Shown one piece after another: positions 10,085-19,170 of a stretch of 42,230 bases of DNA. The stretch's first letter is position 1; every line of letters begins with the position of its first letter. Below the pieces are notes generated by a model. That model was not told the DNA's origin, did no database searches, and saw only the letters and a list, made by a program, of their open reading frames with translations. The translations under genes and the position numbers were made by a program. Source of the DNA: Chloroflexota bacterium (GTDB lineage Bacteria; Chloroflexota; UBA11872; VXNJ01); NCBI GenBank assembly GCA_963577415.1, contig CAUYYU010000002.1:1-42230 (forward strand), in the 5' to 3' direction.

Positions 10085-11671
10085 ATGCCCGGAAAATTGG
10101 TTCTGCTCGGAGAAGAAGCTCGTGAGATGATAAAGGAAGGCGTGGACGTACTCAGCAACGCGGTGCGAGTCACGATGGGCCCCAAGGGCCGGAACGTGAT
10201 GATAGAGAAGCGATTTTCCAGCCCGCTTGTTACCCACGACGGCTACACGGTGGCGAACGTGGTGGACAATCTGAAAAACCCGTTCGTGAACACCGGGGCG
10301 CAGATTGCCTACCAGGCCACCAAGGAGACAAACACCAGCGCTGGCGACGGTACCAGCACCGCGGCGATCCTTACCCAGGCGATTTATGCGGAAGGCCTGC
10401 GAGTGGTGACGGCGGGCATGAACGCCATGATGTTGCGACCGGGTATGGAAAAGGCCTGCGAGGCAGTGATCGAGCACCTGAAAGCCAACACGACCGAAAT
10501 TGAGAACGATGAGCAATTGCAGTTCGTGGCCGCGGTTTCGGCAGCCGATGAAGAATTAGGGGCGACGATCGCGAGCGTGCTGAGCAAGGTCGGCAAAGCG
10601 GGCGGCGTAAACCTCGAAGATGGCCAGACCAATGAAGTCGAAATCGAAATCGTCAGCGGCCTGACCTTCGACCGTGGATACGTTTCGCCATATTTCGGCG
10701 AGGCGGACGGCGAGACGGAGGCAGCCCTGGAGAAACCTCATATCTTGCTAACGGACCAAAAGCTGTCGGCGGCGGCGGACATACTGCCGCTGCTCGAAAA
10801 ATTCGTCGAAGCTGGGCATCGAAATTTGCTGGTGGTCGCCGAGGACATTGAAGGAGAGGCGCTGGGGCTGCTGGTGCTGAATAGAATGAAGGGAACGCTG
10901 AACGTCTCGGCGGTGAAGGCGCCCGCATTCGGGGAGCGGCGCCGCTGGATGCTGGATGATTATGCGATATTCACCGGAGGAAAACTGGTAGCCAAGGAAT
11001 TGGGCGTGAGCTGGGACCAAATTGATCTGTCGTACCTGGGCCGGGCGGATAGCGTGACGGTTCGCAAAGACGAAACCGTAATTGTGAAGGGACATGGAGA
11101 CCCGGAGGAGATCAAGCGCCGGATCGGATCTGTCTGGGAGACGCATGCACGGGCAAAGAACGACTACGACCGCGAGAAGTTGTCCGAGCGTGCCAACAAC
11201 CTCTCAGGATCGGTTGGTGTAATCCGAGTGGGGGCGCCGACGGAGGTGGAGCAGAAAGAGTTGAAGCATCGGGTAGAGGACGCCGTGGCGGCGTCGCGCG
11301 CCGCGCTTGAGGAAGGCTTCATCACAGGCGGTGGGGTTGCTCTGGTACGGGCCGAGGGAGCCGTTGATGAGCTCAAGCTCAAGGGTGATGAACTGGTCGG
11401 AGCGACAATCGTGCGCAAAGCGTTAGCGCAGCCGCTGATCCAGATAGCAAGCAACGCCGGACACGACGGCGAGGTGGTCGCCAGCAAGGTTCGAGAAAAA
11501 GAGGGCGCCATCGGGTTCAACGTGATGAACGGCGAATATGAGGATCTGGTCAAGGTTGGCGTTATTGACCCGGTGAAGGTCACCCGACTCGCCATCGGCA
11601 ACGCGGTGAGCGCGGCGATAATGCTCCTCACCACCGAGGCGCTGGTTGTGGATGCACCCGCAAAGAAATAG
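10085..11671 (+). CDS. groL: Chaperonin GroEL (divergent copy, no adjacent groES, no GGM tail)
   Basis: 528 aa. Motifs are TMGPKGRNV, AGDGTSTAAILT, AVKAPAFGERRR, GGVALV and VIDPVKVTR. It ends ...VVDAPAKK. Confidence 0.9.
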   Translation: MPGKLVLLGEEAREMIKEGVDVLSNAVRVTMGPKGRNVMIEKRFSSPLVTHDGYTVANVVDNLKNPFVNTGAQIAYQATKETNTSAGDGTSTAAILTQAIYAEGLRVVTAGMNAMMLRPGMEKACEAVIEHLKANTTEIENDEQLQFVAAVSAADEELGATIASVLSKVGKAGGVNLEDGQTNEVEIEIVSGLTFDRGYVSPYFGEADGETEAALEKPHILLTDQKLSAAADILPLLEKFVEAGHRNLLVVAEDIEGEALGLLVLNRMKGTLNVSAVKAPAFGERRRWMLDDYAIFTGGKLVAKELGVSWDQIDLSYLGRADSVTVRKDETVIVKGHGDPEEIKRRIGSVWETHARAKNDYDREKLSERANNLSGSVGVIRVGAPTEVEQKELKHRVEDAVAASRAALEEGFITGGGVALVRAEGAVDELKLKGDELVGATIVRKALAQPLIQIASNAGHDGEVVASKVREKEGAIGFNVMNGEYEDLVKVGVIDPVKVTRLAIGNAVSAAIMLLTTEALVVDAPAKK

Positions 11672-11732
11672 GCGGGACGCGGCCAAGCCCACTGCAATTA
11701 TTGGGCGGTACTCGTCCGCGCCGGTGACAGCG

Positions 11733-11758
11733 AAAAGGGTCCCGCGAGGGACCCTTTT
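11733..11758. terminator. Bidirectional intrinsic terminator between groL and the convergent ORF
   Basis: aaaagggtccc-gcga-gggaccctttt, a perfect stem flanked by an A run and a T run. Confidence 0.7.
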
Positions 11759-11784
11759 CTATACTCTCGTCTGAGCGGGCTGCT

Positions 11785-12192
11785 CTAAAAAACGCTCTCA
11801 ATTCGCGACCAGTTCACTGGCATCGCGGGCACACGGTACATGGGCTCTTGAGGGTTGTAGGGCTCCACATCGCCGTCGTCGTAAATGCCCTTGAGCTTGT
11901 TGGCCGCCAACTGCTCGGTCTCCACCAGGTCGTCGCAGAAACGCTCAATCGCCTTGTAGCGCGCGTACCATTCATAAGGCTTCTCAAATACGTCTGATTT
12001 CTCGGCGAAATAGCAGACGACATCCCTGACCATCACCTCGTCCATAGTTCGGCGACGAGCCACAAATTCGCAGAAGTCTTCGATCCACTCAAGGCGGGTG
12101 AAAATCTCACCCCGGGTCAGCCGGCGCTGGTCCAGCAAATAGGTTCGGTACCAATCAACCGTCGCTCGTAATTCCGGAGCCGTCATAGCCAT
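11785..12192 (-). CDS. Hypothetical protein resembling a stand-alone integrase N-terminal SAM-like/core-binding domain
   Basis: 135-aa ORF with an SD-like aaggggg upstream. The pattern L..TVDWYRTYL...T....RLEWIEDFCEFV....MDEV...DVV.YF resembles phage-integrase CB domains. No catalytic domain follows. Confidence 0.5.
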   Translation of the reverse strand: MAMTAPELRATVDWYRTYLLDQRRLTRGEIFTRLEWIEDFCEFVARRRTMDEVMVRDVVCYFAEKSDVFEKPYEWYARYKAIERFCDDLVETEQLAANKLKGIYDDGDVEPYNPQEPMYRVPAMPVNWSRIESVF

Positions 12193-12448
12193 CCAGTACC
12201 CCCTTTTCGGATTCAGGCTTGTGAGTCCGAAAAATCCGACTAGTTACCATGATCACAAGCAAGTGCCGGTTGGCCAGCGCATAAAAAAACCCACCCTTAA
12301 TGGATGGGTTAAATTTCAGCGCGCGAAGATCAAATCGGTACTATGCCTCCCGTGCCGATGATTCCCCGCGCCGCCGACGGTACTGGTAAACCAAAAGCAA
12401 GTAGAATTCTAGGGCTGGCTATGAGAACCTGTCAACCACCTCGTTTTT

Positions 12449-12478
12449 AATGGATTTTCGCGGAATGGATTCCCGCGG
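12449..12478 (+). repeat. Tandem 15-bp direct repeat upstream of murD
   Basis: aatggattttcgcgg and aatggattcccgcgg are 13/15 identical. They lie in a lower-GC 410-bp intergenic region. Confidence 0.6.
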
Positions 12479-12603
12479 CGCAGCCACCGGTTTAGCCGAG
12501 CGCGAATCCGGCGGCCCGGGTCCGCGTAAAAGTGGGCGCTTGATCCGGCGAGTCCATGCTGTGGATTCACGCGGGCGTTACGGTCGTAACTTAGGGCGGT
12601 CAG

Positions 12604-13980
12604 GTGGTGACGGCCGTGACGAAGAACGCCCGCCGAAGCGTGAGCGGCCGGAGGACCGGCTGGTTGGCTGACTACCGTGGGACCCGCGTGCTGGTGATGG
12701 GGTTGGGGCTCCACGGCGGTGGGCTTGGCGTGGCCCGTTTCTTTTGCGAACGCGGAGCCATTGTGACGGTGACCGATCTGCGGGAAGCAGCCGAACTCGA
12801 ATCGAGCCTGGCCGCACTGGCGGAATTTGATGTAAAGCTGGTGCTGGGCCGCCATCGGGAGTCCGACTTCAAGGGAGCTGAGTTGATAATCCGCAATCCG
12901 GCGGTGCCGGCGGACTCCGAATTCTTGCGGATCGCGCGGCAGCATGGGGTCCCGGTGGACATGGAGATGGGCATCTTCTTCGGTGAGTGCGACCGGGACC
13001 GCATCATCGGGGTGACGGGTACGAGAGGTAAGTCGACGACGGCTACCTTCATCCACCATCTGCTCGGCGAGCACGGGGTTGATGCGGTCTTGGCCGGCAA
13101 TATTCGCCGATCGGCGGTCGCCCTGCTGGGTTTACTGGGGCCGGAAGACACGGTGGTGCTGGAACTTTCCAGCTGGCAACTCGAATCGTTGGAGCAGCAC
13201 GGCGTCTCGCCGACGGTGGCGGTGGTGACAAACGTCCTGCCGGACCATCTGAACCGATATCCGGACATGGAGTCTTATGCGGCGGCGAAGACGCCAATCG
13301 TCCGCTACCAGAGGCCGGGTGATCTGGCCGTTTTGAACCGGAACAACAGTCGGGCCGCCGGTTTTGCCGACATCACCACCGCCGAGGTGGTCTGGTTCTC
13401 GGAGGAGGACACAGTTCCCGGCTGGGAACAGGCGCGGATCGCGGGCGGTCACAACCGCGCGAACTTGGCGGCGGCGATCGCGGCGACCGCGCGCTTCGGC
13501 ATACCCGAGACCACCATCGCCCGGGCGGTCGAATCGTTCCCGGGCGTCCCCTATCGCCTTCAACCGGTCGGCGAGCAGGAAGGTGTCAGATACGTCAACG
13601 ACACCTGCGCCACGACGCCGGACGCGACGCTCGCTGCCCTGAACACGGTGCCGGGCCCGGTCGTGTTGATCGCCGGCGGCTCTGACAAACTTCTGGACTT
13701 CGATATTCTTGGCAGGCGAATCCACGAAATGGGGAGTCAAATGCGTTCTGTGATTCTGCTTCCGGGTGCGGGAACGGAGAAATTTCTCCGGGTGCTGCCG
13801 GGTGGCCTCTCGCGGGAGGCGTCGTCGATGGAGGAGGCAGTGCGGCTGGCGGCCGGCGCGGCACAGGTCGGGGACGTGGTCTTGCTGTCCCCCGCGTGCG
13901 CGTCATTCGGGTTATTTCAAAATGAGTTCGACCGCGGCGACCAGTTCAACCAGTACGTGGAGGCGCTGCAGCATGGCTGA
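12604..13980 (+). CDS. murD: UDP-N-acetylmuramoyl-L-alanine--D-glutamate ligase
   Basis: Motifs are VLVMGLGLHGGG and IGVTGTRGKSTT, with a Mur ligase middle and C-terminal pattern (GGHNRANLAAA, LIAGGSDK). The start is approximate. Confidence 0.85.
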   Translation: MVTAVTKNARRSVSGRRTGWLADYRGTRVLVMGLGLHGGGLGVARFFCERGAIVTVTDLREAAELESSLAALAEFDVKLVLGRHRESDFKGAELIIRNPAVPADSEFLRIARQHGVPVDMEMGIFFGECDRDRIIGVTGTRGKSTTATFIHHLLGEHGVDAVLAGNIRRSAVALLGLLGPEDTVVLELSSWQLESLEQHGVSPTVAVVTNVLPDHLNRYPDMESYAAAKTPIVRYQRPGDLAVLNRNNSRAAGFADITTAEVVWFSEEDTVPGWEQARIAGGHNRANLAAAIAATARFGIPETTIARAVESFPGVPYRLQPVGEQEGVRYVNDTCATTPDATLAALNTVPGPVVLIAGGSDKLLDFDILGRRIHEMGSQMRSVILLPGAGTEKFLRVLPGGLSREASSMEEAVRLAAGAAQVGDVVLLSPACASFGLFQNEFDRGDQFNQYVEALQHG

Positions 13981-14037
13981 TGCCGATTTATCGCGACCAG
14001 CCGGCGTTTCGATGATTCAGGTTAATCGGCGGACAGG

Positions 14038-14775
14038 CTGAAAATTCTCGTCCTGGCCGACATCCATGGCAATCTGGCGGCTCTCGAAAAGGTTCTGCTG
14101 GCCGAACCGGACGTGGATGCTACCTGGTGCCTGGGCGACATCGTGGGTTACGGGGCCCGGCCGAACGAATGCATCGAATTAATTCGGTCGCAACCTTCCC
14201 TCACCTGTATAGCCGGAAATCATGATTGGGGTTCCATTGGAAAGACAGAGCTCGATACGTTCAACGCGGACGCCCGCCGGGCATGCGAATGGACCGATGA
14301 GCAGCTGAGCGACGAGTCCCGCGATTTTCTAGATTCGCTCGAACCGACGGGCATCGCGCCGGGAGCGGTGCTCACGCATGGAAGTCCGCGCAGTCCCCTC
14401 GGCGAGTACGTATTCAATATGTCCATCGCTAGGTCAAATTTCACCTATTTCGCGTCACCGCTCTGTTTTGTCGCCCACAGCCACGTGCCGCTTGTATTCA
14501 CGCAGTCGGACGCGGAAGGTGGCGGGGAGGAGGAGACCACCATGCCCCAGCCGAATCTTCCGATCACGATCGCGAATAGGAAGGCCATAGTGAATCCGGG
14601 CAGCGCGGGTCAGCCGCGAGACGGCGAACCGCGATCCGCGTACATGATTCTGGAGCCGGAATCCGACCGAATCATGCTCAAGCGTACGGCCTACGACATT
14701 GGTCGGACGCAACGAGAGATCACGGAGGCCGGGCTACCGGAAGCATTGGCGACGCGATTGTCGTATGGCTGGTAG
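14038..14775 (+). CDS. Metallophosphoesterase (YfcE/MJ0936-like) lacking a canonical start codon
   Basis: Conserved N-terminus (L)KILVLADIHGN, then GDIVGYG, GNHD and HSHV. The only in-frame codon before KILVLADIHGN is CTG 14038. The ORF track starts at GTG 14113, which is inside the domain. Confidence 0.7.
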   Translation: MKILVLADIHGNLAALEKVLLAEPDVDATWCLGDIVGYGARPNECIELIRSQPSLTCIAGNHDWGSIGKTELDTFNADARRACEWTDEQLSDESRDFLDSLEPTGIAPGAVLTHGSPRSPLGEYVFNMSIARSNFTYFASPLCFVAHSHVPLVFTQSDAEGGGEEETTMPQPNLPITIANRKAIVNPGSAGQPRDGEPRSAYMILEPESDRIMLKRTAYDIGRTQREITEAGLPEALATRLSYGW

Positions 14776-14893
14776 GTAGCGGAACCTGCTTCTTTTGACC
14801 GGCCCAGATGGAGAGACTTATACTCGGAAATCAGGGCAATGGCTGTCATCTTCTGGGAAAAGACATCGGGTGTTGAGGAGAACTAAGACGGAA

Positions 14894-14925
14894 GCGTCGT
14901 GCGTGGGTAGCACGGCGCTTTTTTG
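14894..14925 (+). terminator. Intrinsic terminator
   Basis: gcgtcgtgc-gtgggta-gcacggcgc followed by ttttttg. Confidence 0.65.
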
Positions 14926-14949
14926 CTTTCACAAGCCAAGGAGAACTGC

Positions 14950-15222
14950 ATGCAGTCCAGCTTGATCGGAAAGATTGAGAAGGCACACCGCTACGCCGGG
15001 GAGCCCGAGCGCATATCGATCCACGAGTTCCGGGCGACTTTCCACGGCGGAAACGGCGCTTACGAAGTGGGGTACGCGGATGGGGATGGCTGGCGCTGCA
15101 CATGCAATTTTTTCCAAACCTGGAGCTACTGCTCCCACACGATGGCGCTAGAGAAACTGCTCACTCCGATGGTTCCCATCGGCAGCCCGCAGCTCGCCCC
15201 GTCCGGGAGCGCACAGGAGTAG
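14950..15222 (+). CDS. Small SWIM zinc-finger protein
   Basis: ATG 14950 is preceded by AAGGAGAA. WRCTCNFFQTWSYCSHTMAL fits the CxCxnCxH SWIM signature. Confidence 0.7.
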   Translation: MQSSLIGKIEKAHRYAGEPERISIHEFRATFHGGNGAYEVGYADGDGWRCTCNFFQTWSYCSHTMALEKLLTPMVPIGSPQLAPSGSAQE

Positions 15223-15469
15223 CTCCGACCGGAGATCTGGTTGGAGCAGGTGCACAGGGTCTAGATTTGACCCTTTCTGGCGACCCGACCGGTGCCAGCC
15301 TGTGAATTGGCCGGTCCGCTCGGCCTGAATCGTCACCAACCCGGCCCCGTTCCCCGACTTCCCCAGAAAGCCGAATTCTGGCCGGTAAAAATCTCCGCTA
15401 ACGCGGTCGCCACGGGTATCCTGAACGGCATGCTCCTTTGTGGCGCTTTGCCGTGATCGGGAACGCGAA

Positions 15470-15976
15470 ATGGCGCGCACCAAAAAATCGACCAAGAAAC
15501 GGGCTCTTTCAACCGCGTCGGCAAACGGCGACTTCACCGTCGCCTCCAATCGCCGGGCGCGGTACGACTACGCTATCGACGACACCTTCGACGCGGGCAT
15601 GGCGCTGAAGGGCACCGAGGTCAAATCGTTACGTCTGGGACACGTCAGTCTTCGAGAAGGCTACGTGGGCTTGCAGGGTGGCGAGGCCTATCTGCTCGGA
15701 GTGCACATCGCGCCATACAAGCCTGCATCCGAATACAACCACGAACCGGTGCGGCCGCGAAAGTTACTTCTTCATCGGTCGGAACTTTTCAGGCTGGACC
15801 GCATGCTCAACGCTCGTGGCTTCACCGCGGTGCCGCTGCGAATCCACTTCGCAGGCGGTCACGCAAAGCTGGAATTTGGCGTCGGACGGGGGCGGACGCG
15901 GTATGATAAACGTGCACGAATTGCCGAGCGCGATGCGCAAAGGCAGATAGAGCGGCACATGCGCAGACCGAGCTGA
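15470..15976 (+). CDS. smpB: SsrA-binding protein SmpB
   Basis: NRRARYDYAIDDTFDAGMALKGTEVKSLR...YLLGVHIAPY...RPRKLLLHRSE. It lies directly upstream of the tmRNA. Confidence 0.9.
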   Translation: MARTKKSTKKRALSTASANGDFTVASNRRARYDYAIDDTFDAGMALKGTEVKSLRLGHVSLREGYVGLQGGEAYLLGVHIAPYKPASEYNHEPVRPRKLLLHRSELFRLDRMLNARGFTAVPLRIHFAGGHAKLEFGVGRGRTRYDKRARIAERDAQRQIERHMRRPS

Positions 15977-15991
15977 GGATTGTCGCTCCAA

Positions 15992-16343
15992 GGGGATGCC
16001 GGGTTTCGACAGGGACCGGATGCCCGTTCCTGCAGGCCGAGAACGTCACCTATCTCGTTAAAGCGGTGGCAAACAATAAAAGGCAACAAAGAGTTAGCCC
16101 TCGCTGCTTAACTAGCTAGCGACGTTCCGTATCTGATTTCCTCGGCATCGGGTACGGAGCGACACTTTGCCGAGGTGCTCCGGTTTTGACGCCCGTACGG
16201 GCCGGCCAAGATTCTTCGGGCTAGCCAGTCGAGAGTTCGTTCGCTGACAACTCGACAGGCGATATTTACAGCGAACTAAGCCTGTAGGTGGGACGGGGTG
16301 ATAGTTCTTGGACGGGGCGTTCGACTCGCCCCCATCTCCACCA
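15992..16343 (+). ncRNA. ssrA: tmRNA (SsrA)
   Basis: 5' GGGGAUGCCGGGUUUCGACAGGG. 3' T-arm ggggcg-ttcgact-cgcccc, then CAUCUCCACCA. The acceptor stem has a G3-U pair. The internal tag ORF ends gag tta gcc ctc gct gct taa (ELALAA*). Confidence 0.9.
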
Positions 16344-16474
16344 TTGGATCACGCTGAGACGCCGCCGGGCCCTTTCTGGCGGAAGCGGTCACATAGCTCG
16401 CCGGGCCAGCCGTCCCGGGGTGGCGCGGACAGGCCGAACGCGCGCCGCGGCTCCCGCCGAGGGCCCCTCCAGAC

Positions 16475-17863
16475 TTGACTGACGGCCTCGAATCGCAGCC
16501 GCCGATGCCCGGGCCGATAGCCAGGACTTCGAAACGCGGATTCGCGCGGCGAGCGACCCTCCTCTTGGTCCCGGCTTCGCTGAATCTTGGCGTGGCGGCC
16601 ATTCTGGCTCCGGCCGTCAACGCGATTCTGGCCCGGGGAGAGAACCCGGAAGAGGCGATCGGCGGCTACGCGGTTGCTCTCGGAATCATCATGCTGGTGG
16701 CCCTGCCCCAGATGCGCATCCAGCAGATGACGCTGGTCTTCCTGGACGACGGCGTGTCGCTGGCGCGATTGCGCCGCTTCACCGCGACCTCCGCTCTGAT
16801 CGTCGCCCTGCTCGCGGCGATCGTGGCGTTGACGCCAATTCGTGACCTCGTCCTGCAAAGGGTCTTTTCTCTAAGCGGCGTGCTGGAAAGCGAGGCCCGG
16901 GCGGCGTTGCTGGCGTTGCTGCCCTTGCCGGCGCTGGCCGTAGCCAGACCGCATCTGTATGGCTGCGCCATTCGCCTGGGGCACACGCGCCACGTCTGGG
17001 CCGGGACGATCGTGGGAATGGGAACGGTTATTTTAACCGCGCTCGCCCTGCAGCTCAGCGGCACGGTTGAGGGCGCTGCCGTGGGGGCGTTCGCGGTGAG
17101 CGCGGCGGCGCTGGCCGAGGTGATGGTGATGATCTGGCTGACCGGCCCGGCGCTCCGCCGCGAGCTACCCTCGGCCCCGGACGATGGAGCCGGCACCGAG
17201 TATGCGTCGATGGTGCGATTTTTCATGCCATTGCTCTTCGCTGGATTTCTGGCCACGGTCACACCGCCGGTAATCAACGCCGCGGTGGCGCGCACGTCGA
17301 CCCCGGAGACGTCAATCGCCGCGATCGCCATCGCCCTGAGCGTCAGCCAATTCCTGACGATCATTCTGTGGGGCTTGCAGCCTACGGTGTTGGCGCTGCT
17401 GGGCCAGGGTCACGACCCGCGCCGGATTCGGCTGTTCGCCAACGCAATCGGCTTGCTGGTGATGGTCCTGGCGATGTTCTTCGCGTTCTACCCTCCTGCG
17501 ACCGTATTCATTTTGCGCGACCTTGTGGGGGTAGAAGGCCGGCTGTTTGAATCAGCCCAACTCGGGATGCGCATCTTCGCGCCGCTGCCGCTGATCCTGG
17601 CCCAGGAGCAGATATTCTCCTCGGCGCTGATGCGGGTGCGACGAACGCGACGAATTCTGTACATCAACCTCATCCGGTTGGCGAGCCTGATCGCGTTTGT
17701 CTTGATCGGACTCAACCTGGTGGACGCCCCGGGGGTCGTGCTGGGAATCGGCGCGATCGCCTTCACGCTGGTGGTGGAGGCGGGCGCGACCTACGTTTAT
17801 GGGCGCAGCGCCATGAGTGCGCTGAGCAGCGCCTGGTCGAACGCGGCCGCGCTCACCTCCTGA
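16475..17863 (+). CDS. Polytopic membrane protein, MATE/MOP-flippase-like (about 12 TM)
   Basis: 462-aa ORF, hydrophobic throughout. The family assignment rests on overall architecture only. An alternative start is ATG 16505. Confidence 0.5.
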   Translation: MTDGLESQPPMPGPIARTSKRGFARRATLLLVPASLNLGVAAILAPAVNAILARGENPEEAIGGYAVALGIIMLVALPQMRIQQMTLVFLDDGVSLARLRRFTATSALIVALLAAIVALTPIRDLVLQRVFSLSGVLESEARAALLALLPLPALAVARPHLYGCAIRLGHTRHVWAGTIVGMGTVILTALALQLSGTVEGAAVGAFAVSAAALAEVMVMIWLTGPALRRELPSAPDDGAGTEYASMVRFFMPLLFAGFLATVTPPVINAAVARTSTPETSIAAIAIALSVSQFLTIILWGLQPTVLALLGQGHDPRRIRLFANAIGLLVMVLAMFFAFYPPATVFILRDLVGVEGRLFESAQLGMRIFAPLPLILAQEQIFSSALMRVRRTRRILYINLIRLASLIAFVLIGLNLVDAPGVVLGIGAIAFTLVVEAGATYVYGRSAMSALSSAWSNAAALTS

Positions 17864-17867
17864 GCCG

Positions 17868-18735
17868 TCAGCCAGCGAGAAGGGTCTCGATCTCCTTCGC
17901 GGCTCTAATCAGCGCATCCTCCGGCTCAGCCTCACCCCGCAGCATGGGGATGTCCACCAGGTATTGCAGGACCGTAAGCACCTCGTGTTTTCGAGGCGTT
18001 ACCGGTACGCGGGCCGAGTTTGCGGCGGCGATCACGGCCCTGGCCTCGGACAGCTCCAGCGTAGGATCGACAGCGAGCAGCCCTTCGGCATCCAGTCGGC
18101 GGGCCGACACCGTTCCCATGGGCTCCAACGCGGATCCAAGTTCCCGCAGCGCGGCCCAGGCGTCTTCCGGGGATTTGGAGGTGGAGAGCACTACCAGCGC
18201 CCCGCCTGGAACGGCGAGGTTGGACCTGACTAGCTGACGGGGGAGGTTCGTGTTGGCAATGCCCTCGCCGCCGGAGCCGCTGACCACATTACCGTTTTCA
18301 TCAGCCGTCACTAAAACGTCAACCGTCACCTCGACGACTCCATCCCGCTCCGAGCGAGTTGTATTCACCTGCGCGCCCAGTGACTTTCCAAAGGCCTGGG
18401 GTGCCATGGCTACGGGGGTTCCGCCCACGAATGGTCCACCGCGGCTAAATCTCGGAGTCAGGGACTCTAAATCGCCATCGGCCGCCAGAGCCGGGGCAAC
18501 GCCGTGCTTGTGAACCAGGTCCCTCATGAATTGCACCGCTTCGATAGCGGACGGATGGGTGATCAGGGCCTTGTTGGAGTTTTCGGCCACGATCTCGGCT
18601 CCGTTTTGCCACATGAATGAGTAGGACGGTGTGTCGAACGGGGATACCGCGAAGCCGTATTGTTCGACCGATGCGCCGTCACATTTGGTGAGGCGCTGGG
18701 CGGTTTCGAGAAAAGTCTGCCAGTCCCAGGCCCGC
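17868..18735 (-). pseudogene. C-terminal two-thirds of a family-1 ABC solute-binding protein, lacking its own N-terminus and start
   Basis: AWDWQTFLETAQRLTK...YGFAVSP...SFMWQNGAEIV...AIEAVQFMRDLV are typical SBP blocks. The frame differs from the upstream anti-sigma ORF, and the two overlap at 18679-18824. Confidence 0.55.
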
Positions 18736-19170
18736 ACCTTCCAGACCCAGGATCGCCTCGTCATCATCGACCTGTCGCACGGTGGTGCTCTCGTCCAGCA
18801 CCAGCTGTCTGACGAACCGCTCAACGGTCTCGGCCGCGGCGGCTACGGCTCCCGGCCACGCCAGCATGATTACCAGCACCACGAACACTGCGGCTGCCGG
18901 CCCGAGCAGGTAAATTCTGGGGGCGCGGAAATCCGCCAGCCACGAGAACGGATTGATGCCGCGACTGATCGCCGAACGCCGGCTGATCTCCCGCCGCAAA
19001 GGCTCCCGCACCTGGCTTTCGACGCTGAAATCGGCCCGTGCCAGGCGGGCGGCGGTAGCCAGCGTCTCAGCGTAGGCCCCGTCCCCATCCTCGACCGGCG
19101 GTGCCTGGCCCGTGTCCAGAATCTGGTCTAAATCGGCCTGGAAGCGGCGTACCCGTTCGTCTTCAGTCAC
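18679..19170 (-). CDS. Putative membrane-anchored anti-sigma factor (single TM)
   Basis: GTG 19170 overlaps the sigma stop (GTGACTGA). There is one TM helix (IYLLGPAAAVFVVLVIMLAW). The call rests on position after the ECF sigma gene. The 3' end runs out of frame into the SBP-like sequence. Confidence 0.5.
   Translation of the reverse strand: MTEDERVRRFQADLDQILDTGQAPPVEDGDGAYAETLATAARLARADFSVESQVREPLRREISRRSAISRGINPFSWLADFRAPRIYLLGPAAAVFVVLVIMLAWPGAVAAAAETVERFVRQLVLDESTTVRQVDDDEAILGLEGAGLGLADFSRNRPAPHQM

Noticed and set aside
14776-14893. The leader shows glycine-riboswitch-like strings (GGAGAGAC...CGGAAATCAGGGCAA...CTTCTGGGAAAAGAC) followed by a terminator.
   Set aside because: The P1-forming complement of GGAGAG is not present, and the CACCGAAGG core is only loosely matched. 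The downstream gene (a SWIM zinc finger) is not a glycine-metabolism gene. I treat the resemblance as chance unless a covariance-model scan says otherwise.
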